DNA of 64,000 nt from Podarcis melisellensis (taxonomy: Eukaryota). Shown piece by piece: positions 47,729-61,419 of the stretch (position 1 is the first letter of the stretch; every line of letters starts with the position of its first letter). Position numbers and translations under genes: made by a program. The stretch is from the NCBI GenBank assembly GCA_964234715.1, contig OZ174277.1; one strand, written 5' to 3'. The notes beneath the pieces are model-generated. The model made no database searches and was not told the origin of the DNA. It saw only the letters and a list, made by a program, of their open reading frames with translations.

Positions 47729-50700
47729 TGAGACAAAAGCCTTATAGCTTGCAGAAGCCAGCATTGTTGCACAGGCCATACTGAGGCTTCTTTACAAGGG
47801 CTCAAACTTTTAAGTCAGGATAAATGTAATTGTTTCCAATGAATGGTTTGTGACCAGCCTAATATATGTGTTTGTCTTGCCTCCTTGGTTAAGCTATCTT
47901 GTTGCTATTTAATCACACCTTCTTATTTGGACAAAAAGTGGCCATGGTGCCCATTCACTCTTAGAGGGCAGAGGTTAACAGGAGGGAGGAGGAAACCAGA
48001 GAATAAATAGCTGCACAGATGCTAGGAGGTAGTGAGGGAGGAAAGATCTGTCACAAAAAGACAATTATAAAAAGGCACTAGGCTGCTCTAAAATGGCGAT
48101 GGCATTAGGATATGTGTGGTCCAGTTAACAGAGTCCAAGGTCAAACAATCAGGAACAGCTGAAATCTAATTGTGAGCTTGACTCTTACTTTCCTTTCAGC
48201 CCAGTCCTAGTAATGTTTATGCAGATGGAAGTCCTGTGGAGCACAATGGAGATTAGAGTTCCCTCTATCTCTGCTCACTTTCTGTCTTCTGCAATGAAGC
48301 AGTAATATTGCACAGAAGGGGGGAGTAGATGCCAAACAAGTCTGAAGCCCATACAAAATGAAAAAGGATGAACAAGGGTTAAACGTTATTTACTGCATCT
48401 GAATCCTGGACCTGCCATGAATTGTCCTTTCATTCTTCCAGCATAGTGAGTGGATAATACCAGGGTTCAGCAGCAAATAATGGAAGGTTTAGACCCAATG
48501 TTAATAAAGCACTACGAAAAGTCAACACATAGTTATGGTAGGTGGAAGTTGGTGACTAACAGGAGGATGTGTTTGTATTTGCCTGTATGTATGATTAAAC
48601 ACTATGTGTTAGTTTAGGCTATGTAACAATCAGGTAGCTGCAAGCAGTTTCCTGTGCTTACGAAATTTAGAACCTGAAATTTAAGCAGGACTAAAACTGA
48701 AAGGTAAATTGCTCTTGTCTTTCAAAACCTGTTGCGTACCCTTTGATGCTCAGGTTCTAAAACCGTTACTTAAGTGTATAGAAGTACTGTAATGCACTTA
48801 AGGAAAACCAAAAGAAAACAAAATCTCCAGGAGGCAGGGAGAAGAGAGGAATCTGTCTCTTCTGTGTGTGAGAACTTCAAAAGCAATCGTGAAACCTCAC
48901 AAGACTGCTGGCGATTTTCTTAAAAGTCTTTGTGGCCTCTCTAAAAGGGGTTTTCTGTTGATTCATGTTGATCACGCCTGACAGCTAGCATTTCCGTTAA
49001 TAATAATCATAAATAAACCAGACAAGGTCACCTGACCTGAAATGAGCATATCTACAGCACCATATCCATTATAGCAGTGTGTATCCATGACAGCAAATCA
49101 GGAAGGGTCCAGTGCTCTTGACACCATAGTTTAAAATAATAGGAAATGCCTTGGGTTCTTTGAGATAGATATGTATATTTAAATCGCAATGGCAATCTTT
49201 TATACATGGACAAGGATTAAGGGAAGGAGATCTGCCTTTAAGAGGGGGAAAAACTGAAGCAAGACTATTCTTGACCATAAATTAATGCCAGCAGATTTCC
49301 CCATTCCACTCCAGTTTGAGCCTGGCCCACTGCTGCAGTCATAATCTTATGTTTATGTCCTCATAAATCTATTGACATGTAAAAGATTGTGCTTCCATCC
49401 AATACAGAATTATGACTTTATTGCTGGGGGGTGGGAATTCAATGAGAAAACATGCTATAAAAAGTGGAAGGCTTTATTTATTGACAATTGTTTAATGAGG
49501 AAAAAAAGATATTTGCATAGACTTTTTTCTTTTTTTTAAGGAATGACAAGGTGTTTAAATATGACCTGTTACTTCCAGGCTTAATTAGAAATGGGTACAA
49601 TTCATTAAAAATGGTGGTCTGATAAAAATAGATGCATCGAAGCTCAAAATTAATATTTAACCCCTCCCTCTTCCATTTCACATCCCCTGCTTTGCACGGT
49701 TTAGTAAAGATGAGCTGCACACTTTGTGCTGAAGGCCAATGGATTCAAGATCTATCAGGGTAACAGGGCAAGTCATTTCCATCGAGTGTGTCTGAGTGCT
49801 GGAAGGGAGCTCAAGGGTCAAGCTGTCCCAACACCTGCATTATGCTAGGATTTTCTAGATCTAAACCATCCCTGACAGATGCTTATTCAACCTCTTCTGA
49901 AAAAGAGGCGGATCCTGTATCATAGCAGGAGAAATGTAACTAAAGTGTGCGCAGGATCAAATATATAACCAGAGTGTGCCAGCCTTGTAATAGAGCAAGT
50001 TCCCTTGTAATAGAGCAAGTTCCCTTTCTTGAGGAAGGATTTGAGAACATGCTCAGAAGAAACATGACTCTACCATCTTGGCGATAGTAAACAAATCCTT
50101 TTTGGATAGGCCACTTACCTTTTAGACCAGCCATGGCCAATAGAGTTCATTTGCAGTTATAGGAAAGTAGGGCCTCACATGAAGTGAGCTAGAAATGGAA
50201 AGTATATATTCCCCTCACTTATGAAGCCATTCCACAAGGTCAGGCAAAAATCAGCTCTATCTGATGTAGGTTAAAATTCTCCTTCCTACACAGCCTGCTA
50301 TACTTTGGTCATTAGTATGGGTGCTAGCTTTGTATTCTAGGATTGTCAGCACACTGGGAGCAAGAGGTGAAGGGTGGGGTGGCTTCTGTCTTGTGTGATC
50401 CACTTTTGCTTCACTGATTAATGAATGGGTCTCAGCTGGCACATTTGAGGGATATTATTTTACACTCAAAGTGGCAGAAGAATGTCTATGGCAAATGATG
50501 TTAGATTCATAATGCGCCTGAGCATTAGAAATACATATTCTGAACCTGTAATTACAAATTAAGGAGTAATTGCTGGATCAGCCTGAGGCCCATCTAGTTC
50601 ATTATAAGAATCTAGGTGGTCTACAAGAAATTGACCAAGAGTCCACTGCTGGAATGTGATCTCTCTTTTGCCTTGTTGGATCAGTGGTCCAGAGGAAAAG

Positions 50701-50989
50701 GATTGGATGGCCTTTCCACCTATGCAGCCCTTCTAGTGGAACATCTACTTCATTTCTTGTCAATCCATCCATGGGGAATGCTGAAAGGTGGGGCTGGATC
50801 ACTAGCGAAACCCACAAATAGCTGAGAAGAGTGTGTAGCCAGTTGGGATCAGAGGAAGGGAAAGAGCAAAGTTGAGTTTCAGGCTGTCCATTGAACAGGG
50901 ACATGTAGCATATCTTCCCATGGCTGGGCTCCCAGCAACATCTAAAATATCATATAACCCCCACTCCAAATCTTTGTAGTCAATACTAT

Positions 50990-51212
50990 TCGAAGAGTCA
51001 GTATGGTATAATGGAGAGAGAGTTGGATATTTTCCATTACACTACAGAGGGGTTTCTATGACTTGGGACTAGAGCCATAGGTTGAATTCCTGCCAAGGAA
51101 GTTTTGGGTGAACATAAGGTTGTTATGAAGATAAAATGGCTCATCTCCCACATACTGTCCTAAGTTGTTTATCCCCTGAGGAAGAGGATAAACATGTGAT
51201 AAATAAAACAAA
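50990..51212 (+). mobile_element. Degraded MIR/CORE-like SINE
   Basis: GAGTCAGTATGGTATAATGGAGAGAGAGTTGGA ... GGTTGTTATGAAGATAAAATGG ... GTGATAAATAAA. Confidence 0.45.
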
Positions 51213-51588
51213 TAAGACAGTAGGTAAGAAAATGTCCTCTACAGAACCTGCTTTTCTCATTAAAACACATTCATTGGTAAGAACAAACAGGAAGAATGCC
51301 ATTCTAAAAGGGACACTGGGCTGGGTTGTTGAATATAAGGCAGAAATGACAAAAATAAAACAAAACCCTAAGATAGCCTAGTGATGGAAATTGGAAATAG
51401 TTATGTCTTTTGAGAATTATTCTTGATGGTAGTCTTGAAAGAATAATATTCTCGTGCTCTTGTTCAAAATGCTTTGAGTCTTTGCTTTGGGCACAGAACA
51501 GTAATTTCCATCTGTACAGGTGAAGCAAAGTCTAGACAAATGAAGAATGGACCCTGAAAAATGCCCTTCCAGAGAAGAAGTCTGAAAT

Positions 51589-51727
51589 CAGCAAAGTCAA
51601 GTTGGTGCCCACCAGTTGTTTTGGTTTACAGTTCCCATCATTCCTGACCATTGGCTATGCTGACTGGGGCTGATGGAAGCTGGAGACCAAGGCATCTAGA
51701 GGGCAGCACCAGGTTGGAGAAGGTTGG
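51589..51727. mobile_element. Short palindromic MITE
   Basis: TGGTGCCCACCAGTTGTTTTGG ... CCCATCA ... CTGGGGCTGATGG ... CACCAGGTTGGAGAAGGTTG; same family as 47595-47728. Confidence 0.65.
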
Positions 51728-52058
51728 TTTAACAGAAGAACTGGCATAGTCACATATTTACTCACCTAACAAAAAGGACAGAAATTCTGTTAATTTCTCC
51801 CAGCTGAACTTCCATGCCATGCAAGCAGTAAAGATGTTCTACAGTGTCACATATTATTCTAGTTCACAATTTGGGCACGTCTTGGTCTCCAAGGACCGTT
51901 CATCCTCTTCTGCCCAATTCCTCCTGAGTTAATCACCTTAAAATGCCTTAATTTCCAATGGAAAAGTTTTTAGCATTCCCCCCAATAAGGTAAGTAACTC
52001 TGAAACCTACTTAGCAGGTCTCGGTGCTATTTCTCAATCTAGAAGTCTAAGGACATAC

Positions 52059-55000
52059 CTGTATTTGAACGCTTCTTTGGATTTTTGAGACTTCGGCACC
52101 TCCCACTGAGGGAGCTGCTGTTCTCGCTCATAGAGTCTTGTGCTGAGGAAGCACTTCCCGTTGCTTCACTGTCTCTCATCATGCTTTCATACCCGCTGCT
52201 TCCTCCACTGTGGTAGAACAAGGCTGTTTTCCCCATGGCAGGTGGCAGCTCCCCACTCAGGACACTGCTGTTGTCACTTCCGTGGCCACTGCTACAGCGG
52301 TGAGGCTTCCGAGGTGGAGTGATCTTGCTGTAAGGTGAAGGCAGCAGGTGAACAGTTGGCTTCTCTTCTCCGTGGACGGCGCTGCGGTCATCTGTGTCCG
52401 AGTTCCTACGCAACTGCAGCCCTCTGGTGCCTGTGCTTCCTTGCAGAAGTTCTGAGATCCTCCCATTGACGGCTCTGAGGGGCAGTTTTGAGGAGAGCCC
52501 AGAGCCCCTGTTCCTGCTGAGAGACTGAGTAGACCAGGACATATTCTTTCCATTGGGAGGCAAGCCTGAACTCTGCCCCACAGACTGAGGGAGGGACTTG
52601 GTAGAGAAGCTAAGTGTTTTGGTGGTTGAGGCAGCCAGGCTTCGAGCCTTAGGACTTGCCAAGAGGAGCTTGCTCACTGCAGAGATCTTTGATTGACTGG
52701 CCTTTGGCGAGGCCCCTGCAGACTGAGAAAGGCCTGAGTTTGTGGGTGAGGACATTGCACTGCGGTTGAAACTTCTCCCAGCTCTGGGCATTGTGGTGTC
52801 TTTCCCAGGACCCATCTTGGAGCTGACAGAGGACAGACTCTCTGCCCTTTCCAAAGACAGGCACTCATAATGGCTCCCATTGGGCCTTCCCAAGGAATTG
52901 GTTCTGCTGGCTAGCTGCTCAAGTTTGGCACTAAACAATTTACTGCTACTATTGTTACCGCTCTCCATACAGGAACCCTTTTGTTTCCCATTCAGCTCAT
53001 CGGGAAAACTAGCCAGGAAAGGTGCTGGTTGGTTCAAAGGGCTGCTGGTGCTGCTACTGCATGTGCTGTGCTGAGGGCTGGCCCTATTTTTCTGATCCAG
53101 GCTAGATTTCCTCACGGGAGGCAACGGCGGAGTTCCTTTTGGACGTGTGAGAACGCAGTGTTTGGGGGACGCAATCCTTCTTTCCAAGCTAGCTCTGGAT
53201 GTCTGGGACCCAACAGAACAGCTAATGGCACTGTTCTCCTCAATGTAATGATAGGAAACAGCATCCAATTCCTCCAGCTTGCTGGCCTTCTGAACGCCTC
53301 TCGTGAGGCTGCCATTTTTAAAGCTCTCCGTAGTGTGTGCTGGGCTGTGGGCTGTGGAACTGGGAAGTCCCATTTCACATCCATCTACAACCCTCTTCAG
53401 GTTTTCCGTTCCCGGGGAGCTGGAAGTCTCTCCGCTACTGCTGCTAAACCTGTCTGCTGACTTCTGCTTCTTATTTTGTTGAGTGATGGCTTCAGCCTTG
53501 GGGCCACAGCTTTCTTTTTTCACACTGTCTTCCCTCTTTAGCCAAGGATCATCAAATTTTATCTCTTTTCTTACACTGGATTCCTTCACCTCTTGAGACT
53601 GGGCAACTTTTGCTGGTGACGACACTGCAGATATGGTCTCAGGCGGCTCTTGTGCCTTAAAGGGATTAACAGCAATACATGGATACACAGTAATGTTGGT
53701 CTTCATTGGAATGAAACCTTCACAACTGCTTAGGCTTGTGGTGTTTGATATGGTGACCATAGTCTTTCCCAGGGCTGATATTTTACAACCTTTGATAGGT
53801 GACATTTTATTAATACTTTCATCGGTAACCTCTGGCAGTACAAATATTTCCTCGGTGACTGGCTTTTGCTTGTCATTTATACAAACCACACTGCTGTTCT
53901 GTACGCCTCTTGCCAGTTCAGGAATGGGCACATCTGCCAGTGCTTCCCCATGCCCATAGCATGCTTGGGCTATGAAGCTGTGGCATGACTGTTCGCCATC
54001 ACTTCCAGTGCTCATTTCACTCAACCATGAGCTGATAGAGGAACGTCTGCTTTCAGCCTCTTCAGCTTTGTGATCCAGTCCCATTTTTGGAAGAGGCATA
54101 AACTGGGTGATACTGACCTCAGACACAGGAGCTGTACTGGCATAGCATTCAAGATCTTCACTGATGCTGCTGATAATGCTAACCGGCCTAGACCCGGAGG
54201 CCAGAGCTTGCACAGAACAATCACTGTTAAAGCTGATGATACTTGTTGGACGTCCGTTCTCCAGAACCCCACTAATGGTCAGTTCTTCAACCAGGGTGAA
54301 TACCAGCTCATCTTCTCCGTTCAGCTCTAAGGGCTGCTGCACCGTGACCATGGTGGTGCTCAAAATCTCCTTCTTTGACTCAGGAGAAAGAGGTGGCTCT
54401 TGCTGCTCCTCCTGCTGCTCTTCGTTGTCAATGGGCTCCCCATAATCAGCACTGCTAGAAGACACAGACTTTTTCATGAGCTGTGGGCTCATGCCAATGG
54501 GAGGAGTGCGGATCTCTGGCTGCATCAGAGACTCACTGGACACCATCCCGGAGTCCTTGCTTAAGGATGACGGCGGTGGTGCAGGGTTGGGCAGCACCCC
54601 TTTCTGGGTGTAAACCTTGCACCTCTGAGAAGGAGAAGTGGGCGGCTTGTACTCTGATGTCTTGGAAAGGCTTGCAATGCCAAGCCGCGGGGAACCCATG
54701 GGCTGAGGCTTGCTTTCTACAAAGCCGCAAGTGTTCAGGCTTTCTCGGCTGCTCTGCAGATCCGTGCTGTGGGATTGCTGGGAACAGTTTGTGTGGCTAC
54801 TTGGACTGCCTGTAACACTCCTAGGTGATGGAGGGGTGGGTGCCTCATTAAGCACCCCGGTGTGAACAGGGGAATGGCTTCCCTGAATTTTGTTGGCTGT
54901 TGCATTCAGGTTTTCCTTGAAATCTTTATCAGGTTCTTGGCAGCCTGCCAGGCCTTCTTCTGATGTACTAGTGAGCTCTGCTGCTTGGCCTGACACAGGG

Positions 55001-55464
55001 CACTTAGTCACTTGGTCGGAGCTGAACTGAACAGGCAGTTCTTCAAAAGGAAACGTGTCAGTCTCCTCACTGCCGTCAATGCAGTCCAACCTCTCCTGGA
55101 GTTCCGCAAATGTATTGCACTTCAAGCAGTCTCTCTCAGAAGTGCTGGGGGCTGTCTCACTCATGTCCTCCAGCTTGCCTTCAGTTTTGGTCTTCTGAAG
55201 GGCAGGAACTATGGGGACAAAATCCGGGGGACCTTCGTTGTCAGTTAGTTCCTTGTCCGAAAGGGCTGTGCCATTGGGGCCAACATAAATGACGGTGTCG
55301 CATGACTGTTCGCTGCTAGAAGAATAATCTGGGTCACTTGACAAGTGAAGAATGGGGAAGTCTGGATCAACAACGTTCCGAGAATGGAAGGGCCTCAGCT
55401 GGGTTGGCCTCCGCATCCTCCCTTCTTCACAAGAACTTTCTCCTCCAGAAGAGCTTGACGTGTA
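52059..55464 (-). CDS. KIF26B: KIF26B giant coding exon (3406 nt; Ser/Pro-rich post-motor tail)
   Basis: CAACAG|TAC ACG TCA AGC ([27 protein letters not shown] ... [17 protein letters not shown] ... [18 protein letters not shown] ... [12 protein letters not shown] ... [15 protein letters not shown] ... KKRSNT G|GTATG). Uninterrupted frame; phases 0/1. The true exon starts upstream of the ORF-track ATG and ends before its stop. Confidence 0.97.
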
Positions 55465-58255
55465 CTGTTGGGTAGGAAGATAGGGGAAAGGTTAGCATTT
55501 CGAAGAACCCCCTTCCATGGAGCTGAAATCCACACCCCATGCTCTCATATAAGCCTTCATGCATACAGAGGCTACTGCAAAGGCCACCGGGCATGGAGAT
55601 TGCCTCATTCAACATGCAATAGATTGCTTCATGAAGCTGGTGGCTTCTGGCATCAGGGATAAAGCCACAAAGTCCACGTGGCAGGTTGCTGTACAGAAAT
55701 GATTTAGCATTTCAAACAGCTCCGTGGGCTTGGGTTTAAGCAGCTGTCATATTGCTCTATTTGTTCATACAGGAGCAGTTGGTGGGAAGGAGACTTGCTT
55801 ACTGGGAGGGAGAAGGGTGAGGCAGTGGGGAGCTGGGCACGGTGTGGATGCACCAACAGGAGGGGCAGATTGGCTCTGCAGGTGCAACTGCACAGCACTG
55901 ACCTCCCCCGGGCCTTGCCCTTCTCCGTACTGGGAAGCTGCAGTGACTCTGGACCACAGGTGCAAGCAGACTTCCATCCTCACTCACGGCTCCTCTGTTC
56001 ATGCACACTGGGCTTTAGCAGAATCACAGAGAGTAAAAACAAGTTCTAAAGTGACATGAAAACGAATTTATTTCAAACATGTTACATTTATAAGGTTCTC
56101 CTTCATTCCTTTGTTGTGAGTTTTGTCAATATTATTCCCATTTTTCATATGAAAAACTGAGGTTGGACAGTAGTGATTTGCCCAAGATAACAGGGACCAG
56201 CTCCTTATCATGGAGAGCTCCAACTCATGCACTGTCAATAGTATGGTCTTCATGCCTGTTTATAAATAAGCTATGCAGTCAGACAGCAATGTCACCTACT
56301 GGGGTATGTTGTTGTGCAATCATATTGAGGAAAAATGCCTGATGCTGCAATTCTTCTGCTGAACTCAGTGAGTTGCTCTACCAACTAAATATGTGTAAGA
56401 CTGGGCCGCATGCCACTTTGATCCCAGTGTTCCTTTTGACAGTTGTTAAAAGAAATTCATTAAAAAGCCTGCCATGGCATTCTTGCAATTATTTACTCTG
56501 AAATTCATTCACTGATCACAGTGGAGTTACTTTAGATGGATGACTGAAGTCTACAGCTAAAACCAAAGGCTAATGATGTTGAGCTGAAACATATAGTTGA
56601 AAGTGGATGAGCATTTAGTAAGCAACACCCATCACTTAATTAGGTGGCTGGGATAAGCACACTTGGAAGTGTATTTCACTAGAATCAAGGGGGCTTACTT
56701 CTGTGATTACAGCGGTAGAGATGAAAGCAGAAAAGGAGGAATGAGAAAAAACAAACCATGCCTCCCACGTCTTTCTTCCATTAACTATATAAAAGAGGGT
56801 TCACCTTTGCATTTCAGGATGCAGGGGAACACATTGATCCTCTAGTCCAGTTTCCAGCAACAGAAGCTCAAGTAATACTAAAATTTCCTAGATTTTAATA
56901 ATGCCAAATAGATGCGCTCAGTAACTTCCTGAAAAATCTCTAAGAAAGGAGTCCACTACTTCTCTGTCCAAGTTATCATTTTTTTATTATTATAGTTAAT
57001 ATGTGTTTCCTGATACACACTTTAACACAGTGGGACTTTCATTTTATTCCTTTATACATTTTATGAGCCTCCTTTCAAAGTGATTTCCACAAACTACTGA
57101 AGCCAATATCAAATGAAATAACAATTAAACCACTCCCAGAAATAAAATATAAGCAGCTAGCAGCATAATACATGTTGGCACAGAAGGAAGTCCTATTGAG
57201 GTAAGTATTGGATTGCAGCCTTAAGCTGCAATAAAAGCTGATTGCTTGCTTAAGAGAAGGAAGTTTCCAAAATTAAAAAGCCGTTATCTGCTGGCAGAAA
57301 TTGTCCAGAGTAGGAACAAGGCAAGTCTCCTTAGAGAAGCACTTCTACCAAGTCCTGATCCCACATGTCTAACTTCAAAAAGAAGTAAAAAATCTCAGTG
57401 ACTGTGAAGGAACATACTCTCCATACTAAAGTCCTAGGCAACTAACTTTCACAGTTTTATTTAGTTGCTGCAAATTTTAATTAATGTTCAGTTTTATTTA
57501 GATAGTGGCTAGAGAAGAAGAGATATAAAATAATGTGTGTTGGATCAACCTTTTCTTGCTGTAAATACATGTTAGCTTCTGATTTTTATCAGAACTAAGC
57601 ATTGGTATATGCAATCTTCTCTGAAAGAACTATATAGAATTCAGATCGGAACACCAAGCTTCTCAATTTTCACTCTCAAGATAAAATATAATGTTGGCTT
57701 CAAATGAACTGGCTGAATTAGTACCATCCAGACCACATCAGCTAGTCTTGTGTTTTTTAAAAAAAGTTTGTGCTCATTCATTGTAAGGTTAATGAGGGAA
57801 ATGCTATCAAAATTAACATTGGTGTCACACACTACAGCATGCTCTGTTGCAGAGATTTCTTTCTGGGAAGAGATTGTTGTGCAGTGATATTTTACAGAAT
57901 CTATTAATTGATCTCAGCTCACATTTAACAATCCTTAGGCTGCTAATGTGAATAATGTTAATAAATTATTCCAGCTTGACTTTTAACCAGGATTCCATGC
58001 TACATAGACTTCAAGAAAGCAACATGAGAGTTTGAACTCTGCCATTTCTGTGCTTATTATAACCAATCATTCATCTAACAATGAACGTATGATTTCCCTC
58101 ATGCACTCGGATGTACTGCCATACCATCAGAAATTAAGAATATTGATTTTTGTTAGAAGCTGCACTTTCAAGGCCTCTCCCATTTCTTTCGGATCCCTAG
58201 CTTGCCATGCTCTTTCCAGAGCACGGCAACAAAAGAGTTCCCCCCTTGTCCTTAC

Positions 58256-58418
58256 CTTTGTTTTCTTTTTCTTCATTCTTAAAACCCTGGATGCAATCTG
58301 GATGGTGGAAAGTGTTTCAGCATAGTTCCCTGCAGCTGCCGAAATGTGAGCTATCATGGTAGTACGGCAGTTCATGTTCCCAAGGGACTCCCGGAGCAAC
58401 ATGGTCAGCTTGCTGTCT
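58256..58418 (-). CDS. KIF26B: KIF26B exon encoding the end of the kinesin motor domain (163 nt)
   Basis: TTTATTTTGCAG|A GAC AGC AAG ... [54 protein letters not shown]|GTAAG; kinesin SKLTxLL..SLG and ETLST motifs. Upstream exons were not found in the window. Confidence 0.96.
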
Positions 58419-59238
58419 CTGCAAAATAAAAAGAATTAAGGCTACATTAGTGAGCCATGTTTCACTTCGACTGTCGGGATGTGACTCCAGGTCTCAGCAA
58501 GATTTCTTCCTTTTTAATGGAATACTAATTAGCATTGTTCTTCGGGATTCTAGTGCACTACATCTGCCTCTGAACAAGCTGGAAAATCCCTGCACTGAAA
58601 TGGAGAGGCTCTTATCTTTCAAGGGTTTTCTGCCTGTCTTGTTTTCCTAGCACATTTTCAGCAGTATTTTAGCACTGGAAGCCGCCTCATCACCAGGAAC
58701 CTATTCTGGGCTAACTAGTTTTAAAAGAAAACCCAGCTGTATTTAAAGGCACAGAAGGATCAGGCCTTAAAACACCCCACGAGTTTCACCTCTGCTCATT
58801 CTTTTTGATGTCTGAAGGTGGGATGAGTTTGTCCCATTTTCTCCCTGTCACACACTGAGTCACTGAACGGACTCATTTTTAGAAGACCTTGCCACCTCCG
58901 CCTTTCTATCACTTCCTATGAGACCTGCAAATGTTTTGCATGACAATTGCTTTGGCAATGAAGAAACTCTGCTAACATTATCCATTAATGCAACCCCAAT
59001 TATTACTGCAGGTGATGGCGTGCCATCAAAAATTCAACAACAAAAACTTATTTAGAATGAATTTTTTTCAAAACAAAACCCTGCCTCTTGTCAGCAGTGC
59101 ACAAGACAATTCAGGAGGAAAACAGTCACTGTGTTATGTGATGGTAGGAACCATCCATTCTATTAATGCAGTTAACAAGAGTACAATTCACCAGGCACTT
59201 GTCCTTTGAGAGCCCTATGGGAATTATGCTCCCTCCTC

Positions 59239-59283
<45 letters not shown>
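59239..59283. repeat. (AAT)15 microsatellite next to a truncated LINE tail (TTTATTATTTATACCCCGCC)
   Basis: Direct reading. Confidence 0.93.
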
Positions 59284-59829
59284 TTTATTATTTATACCCC
59301 GCCATCCATAGTTCCCTGCAGAACTCAGCAGGGAGGAGAATATGGACAAAACTAAAATTAGTTGGCTCCAAGGCCAGCCATGAGACAAAGTAAGGCAACT
59401 GGGTGTCAGGATCCACAGGGGCAGCAAATCCAGCCTCCAATGAATGCACTGCCTGAGGTTGCTGCAGTGGCACACTCCTTGGAAGTCAGATCTGCCTCCT
59501 CCTCCTCTGCAATGTCCACCCAATGCTGCCTCTACAACTGCCTCTTGGTGAATAGTAGGCTCTGCTGGTATCCTCACACCCCTAGGGAGGAAATAGCAAA
59601 GGCTGCCCTCTGGGGTCTCCTGGGGCCTGCACCCACCTGGTGTGATTGGTTCTGGTGCCACCTAACATTGGCTTCCCTGCCCTACCAGAACCAACTAGCA
59701 CCAGCCTCTACTGGTACTTCCCCCTGCTGCCATAAGGGGAATTTGCTGAAACTGCTTGCTGTGAGGGAGTGGGATACTAACACACACACAATAGAGTTAC
59801 TATGTGCAGATATAGTAGCTCTATTGTGA

Positions 59830-59851
59830 GTGTGTGTGTGTGTGTGTGTGT
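59830..59851. repeat. (GT)n microsatellite
   Basis: Direct reading. Confidence 0.9.
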
Positions 59852-61419
59852 TTGCAGATAAAGTACAAGATAAGCAAATTGTTTCCTGATTATTTTTCTT
59901 AAGAGAGAGTCTAAAGACATATTGCTATCCTAAGTAGATCCATTCAGCAGCAAATAGCTCCATTTCATCATGTCTAAACAAAGCATCCACCAGAAAGTCT
60001 GAAAGTTTCCCCAGAAAGTTCAAGTGCAACCTTCTGTTTTGCACAGAATCTGTCGGTTCTCAGCTTCCTGTGGGCAGAGCTAGTCAATCCCTCTACAGTA
60101 TTTGATGGCATGTGATGTAAACAAAAGTCCATTAAGATGACAGCAAGGGAAAATGCATTCATTTCTCTGATTCAGCTTTGAATCCACACAGACCAAAAGA
60201 TAAAAGGCTGTTGTGCAAGCTTCGTGCATCATCTCTTCAATCAAGGAATACTGCACTATCAAATTCTGTGCAAGAGTAACCACTATTCCATGGATGATGT
60301 ACACAGAAATTATTAACATCTGTATGGAAATCGATACCAAGCCTTTCATTTACTCATGCGTCCATCAAAGCACAACATGGAATGACAGTGCAAAAGGGCA
60401 ACAGACTATATCTAGGTCTCATGAGAATAACTAAGTCATGCAGCCATCATCAGCAAACTGGTGTGGTCTTCCTCGAGACTTATAAATGATGGATGTCTGT
60501 AGGTCACCTGAACCCTGAATTACGCTGAAGTGCATTCTTGCTGTTGGAAGAGAGATGATATTACGCACATTCCTGTGCTACATCTATTGAGATCATGCTT
60601 ATAAATAACAACAGATGATTTTAAAAACCAGCAATGTTTCATATTTGACTCAAAAAAAGTCTAGCATTATCTTGATAATCTTCCCTTTGCTGTGGGCTAC
60701 AGTTAGCTGCCTCCTTTCTTACAGCTAGCTTAACAGCTTCCCAAAAGAAAACTACAAAGGAAAGGTTACTAATCATGCAATTTGCAAATATTTTGCATTT
60801 TATATTCAAGATCTGGACCTCCCAATTCAATGGTTCAATTATCTCTTTCAATAAGATATGCTAATGATTTTTTAAAAACCCACACAAACATAAAAAATGC
60901 CATCAGACACAAGCCACCTAGTAGCTGCTGCCTCTGTTCCTTTGATCTTGCAGCAGTTTAAATCTCTGGATTCTTTTTTCTTTTTTAATCACACCTATTA
61001 TATTTCAAAATATACCGGTACCCTACAAATAGGTATACAAATGCACAGGGCATCTGTATTTTTTTGAAAGCTGATTCTATCCCTCTGTCAGAATAAAGGA
61101 AGATGGGTGCTTTATTTCAATAAGGAAAATAAGCCAATATTCTTCAGAAGCTAGGTTATTTCTAGTGGGGTAATCAAAGGTACTTTGATAAAGGATAATT
61201 GTTATGTAAAAATACCCCACAAAACATTTTATATCAAAAGATATTTCTGCTGACTTCAACTTTAATAAAAGTAGCATACAAAAATATGGATCAAAACATT
61301 CTGAAGATAGCCTTTCAAGATGGCACAAATCCCCTGTCCTAAATTACCCTTGTGTGACAGCAGTTCAGTAGCTCTGTTCCCAAAGATGCAGTTAGAATTC
61401 TGTGTTATGAGGAATATAG

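Noticed and set aside
52039-52058. Truncated KIF26B isoform ending GMSLDF*
   Set aside because: The ORF simply runs through a canonical GTATGT donor; no nearby intronic poly(A) signal seen and no transcript evidence available.
52140-55292. Many antisense or alternative-frame ORFs inside the giant exon
   Set aside because: Expected shadow ORFs of a long, GC-richer coding exon; none resembles a known protein.
34143-58418. KIF26A as the alternative paralog call
   Set aside because: The C-terminal sequence ([37 protein letters not shown]) and adjacency to SMYD3 fit KIF26B.
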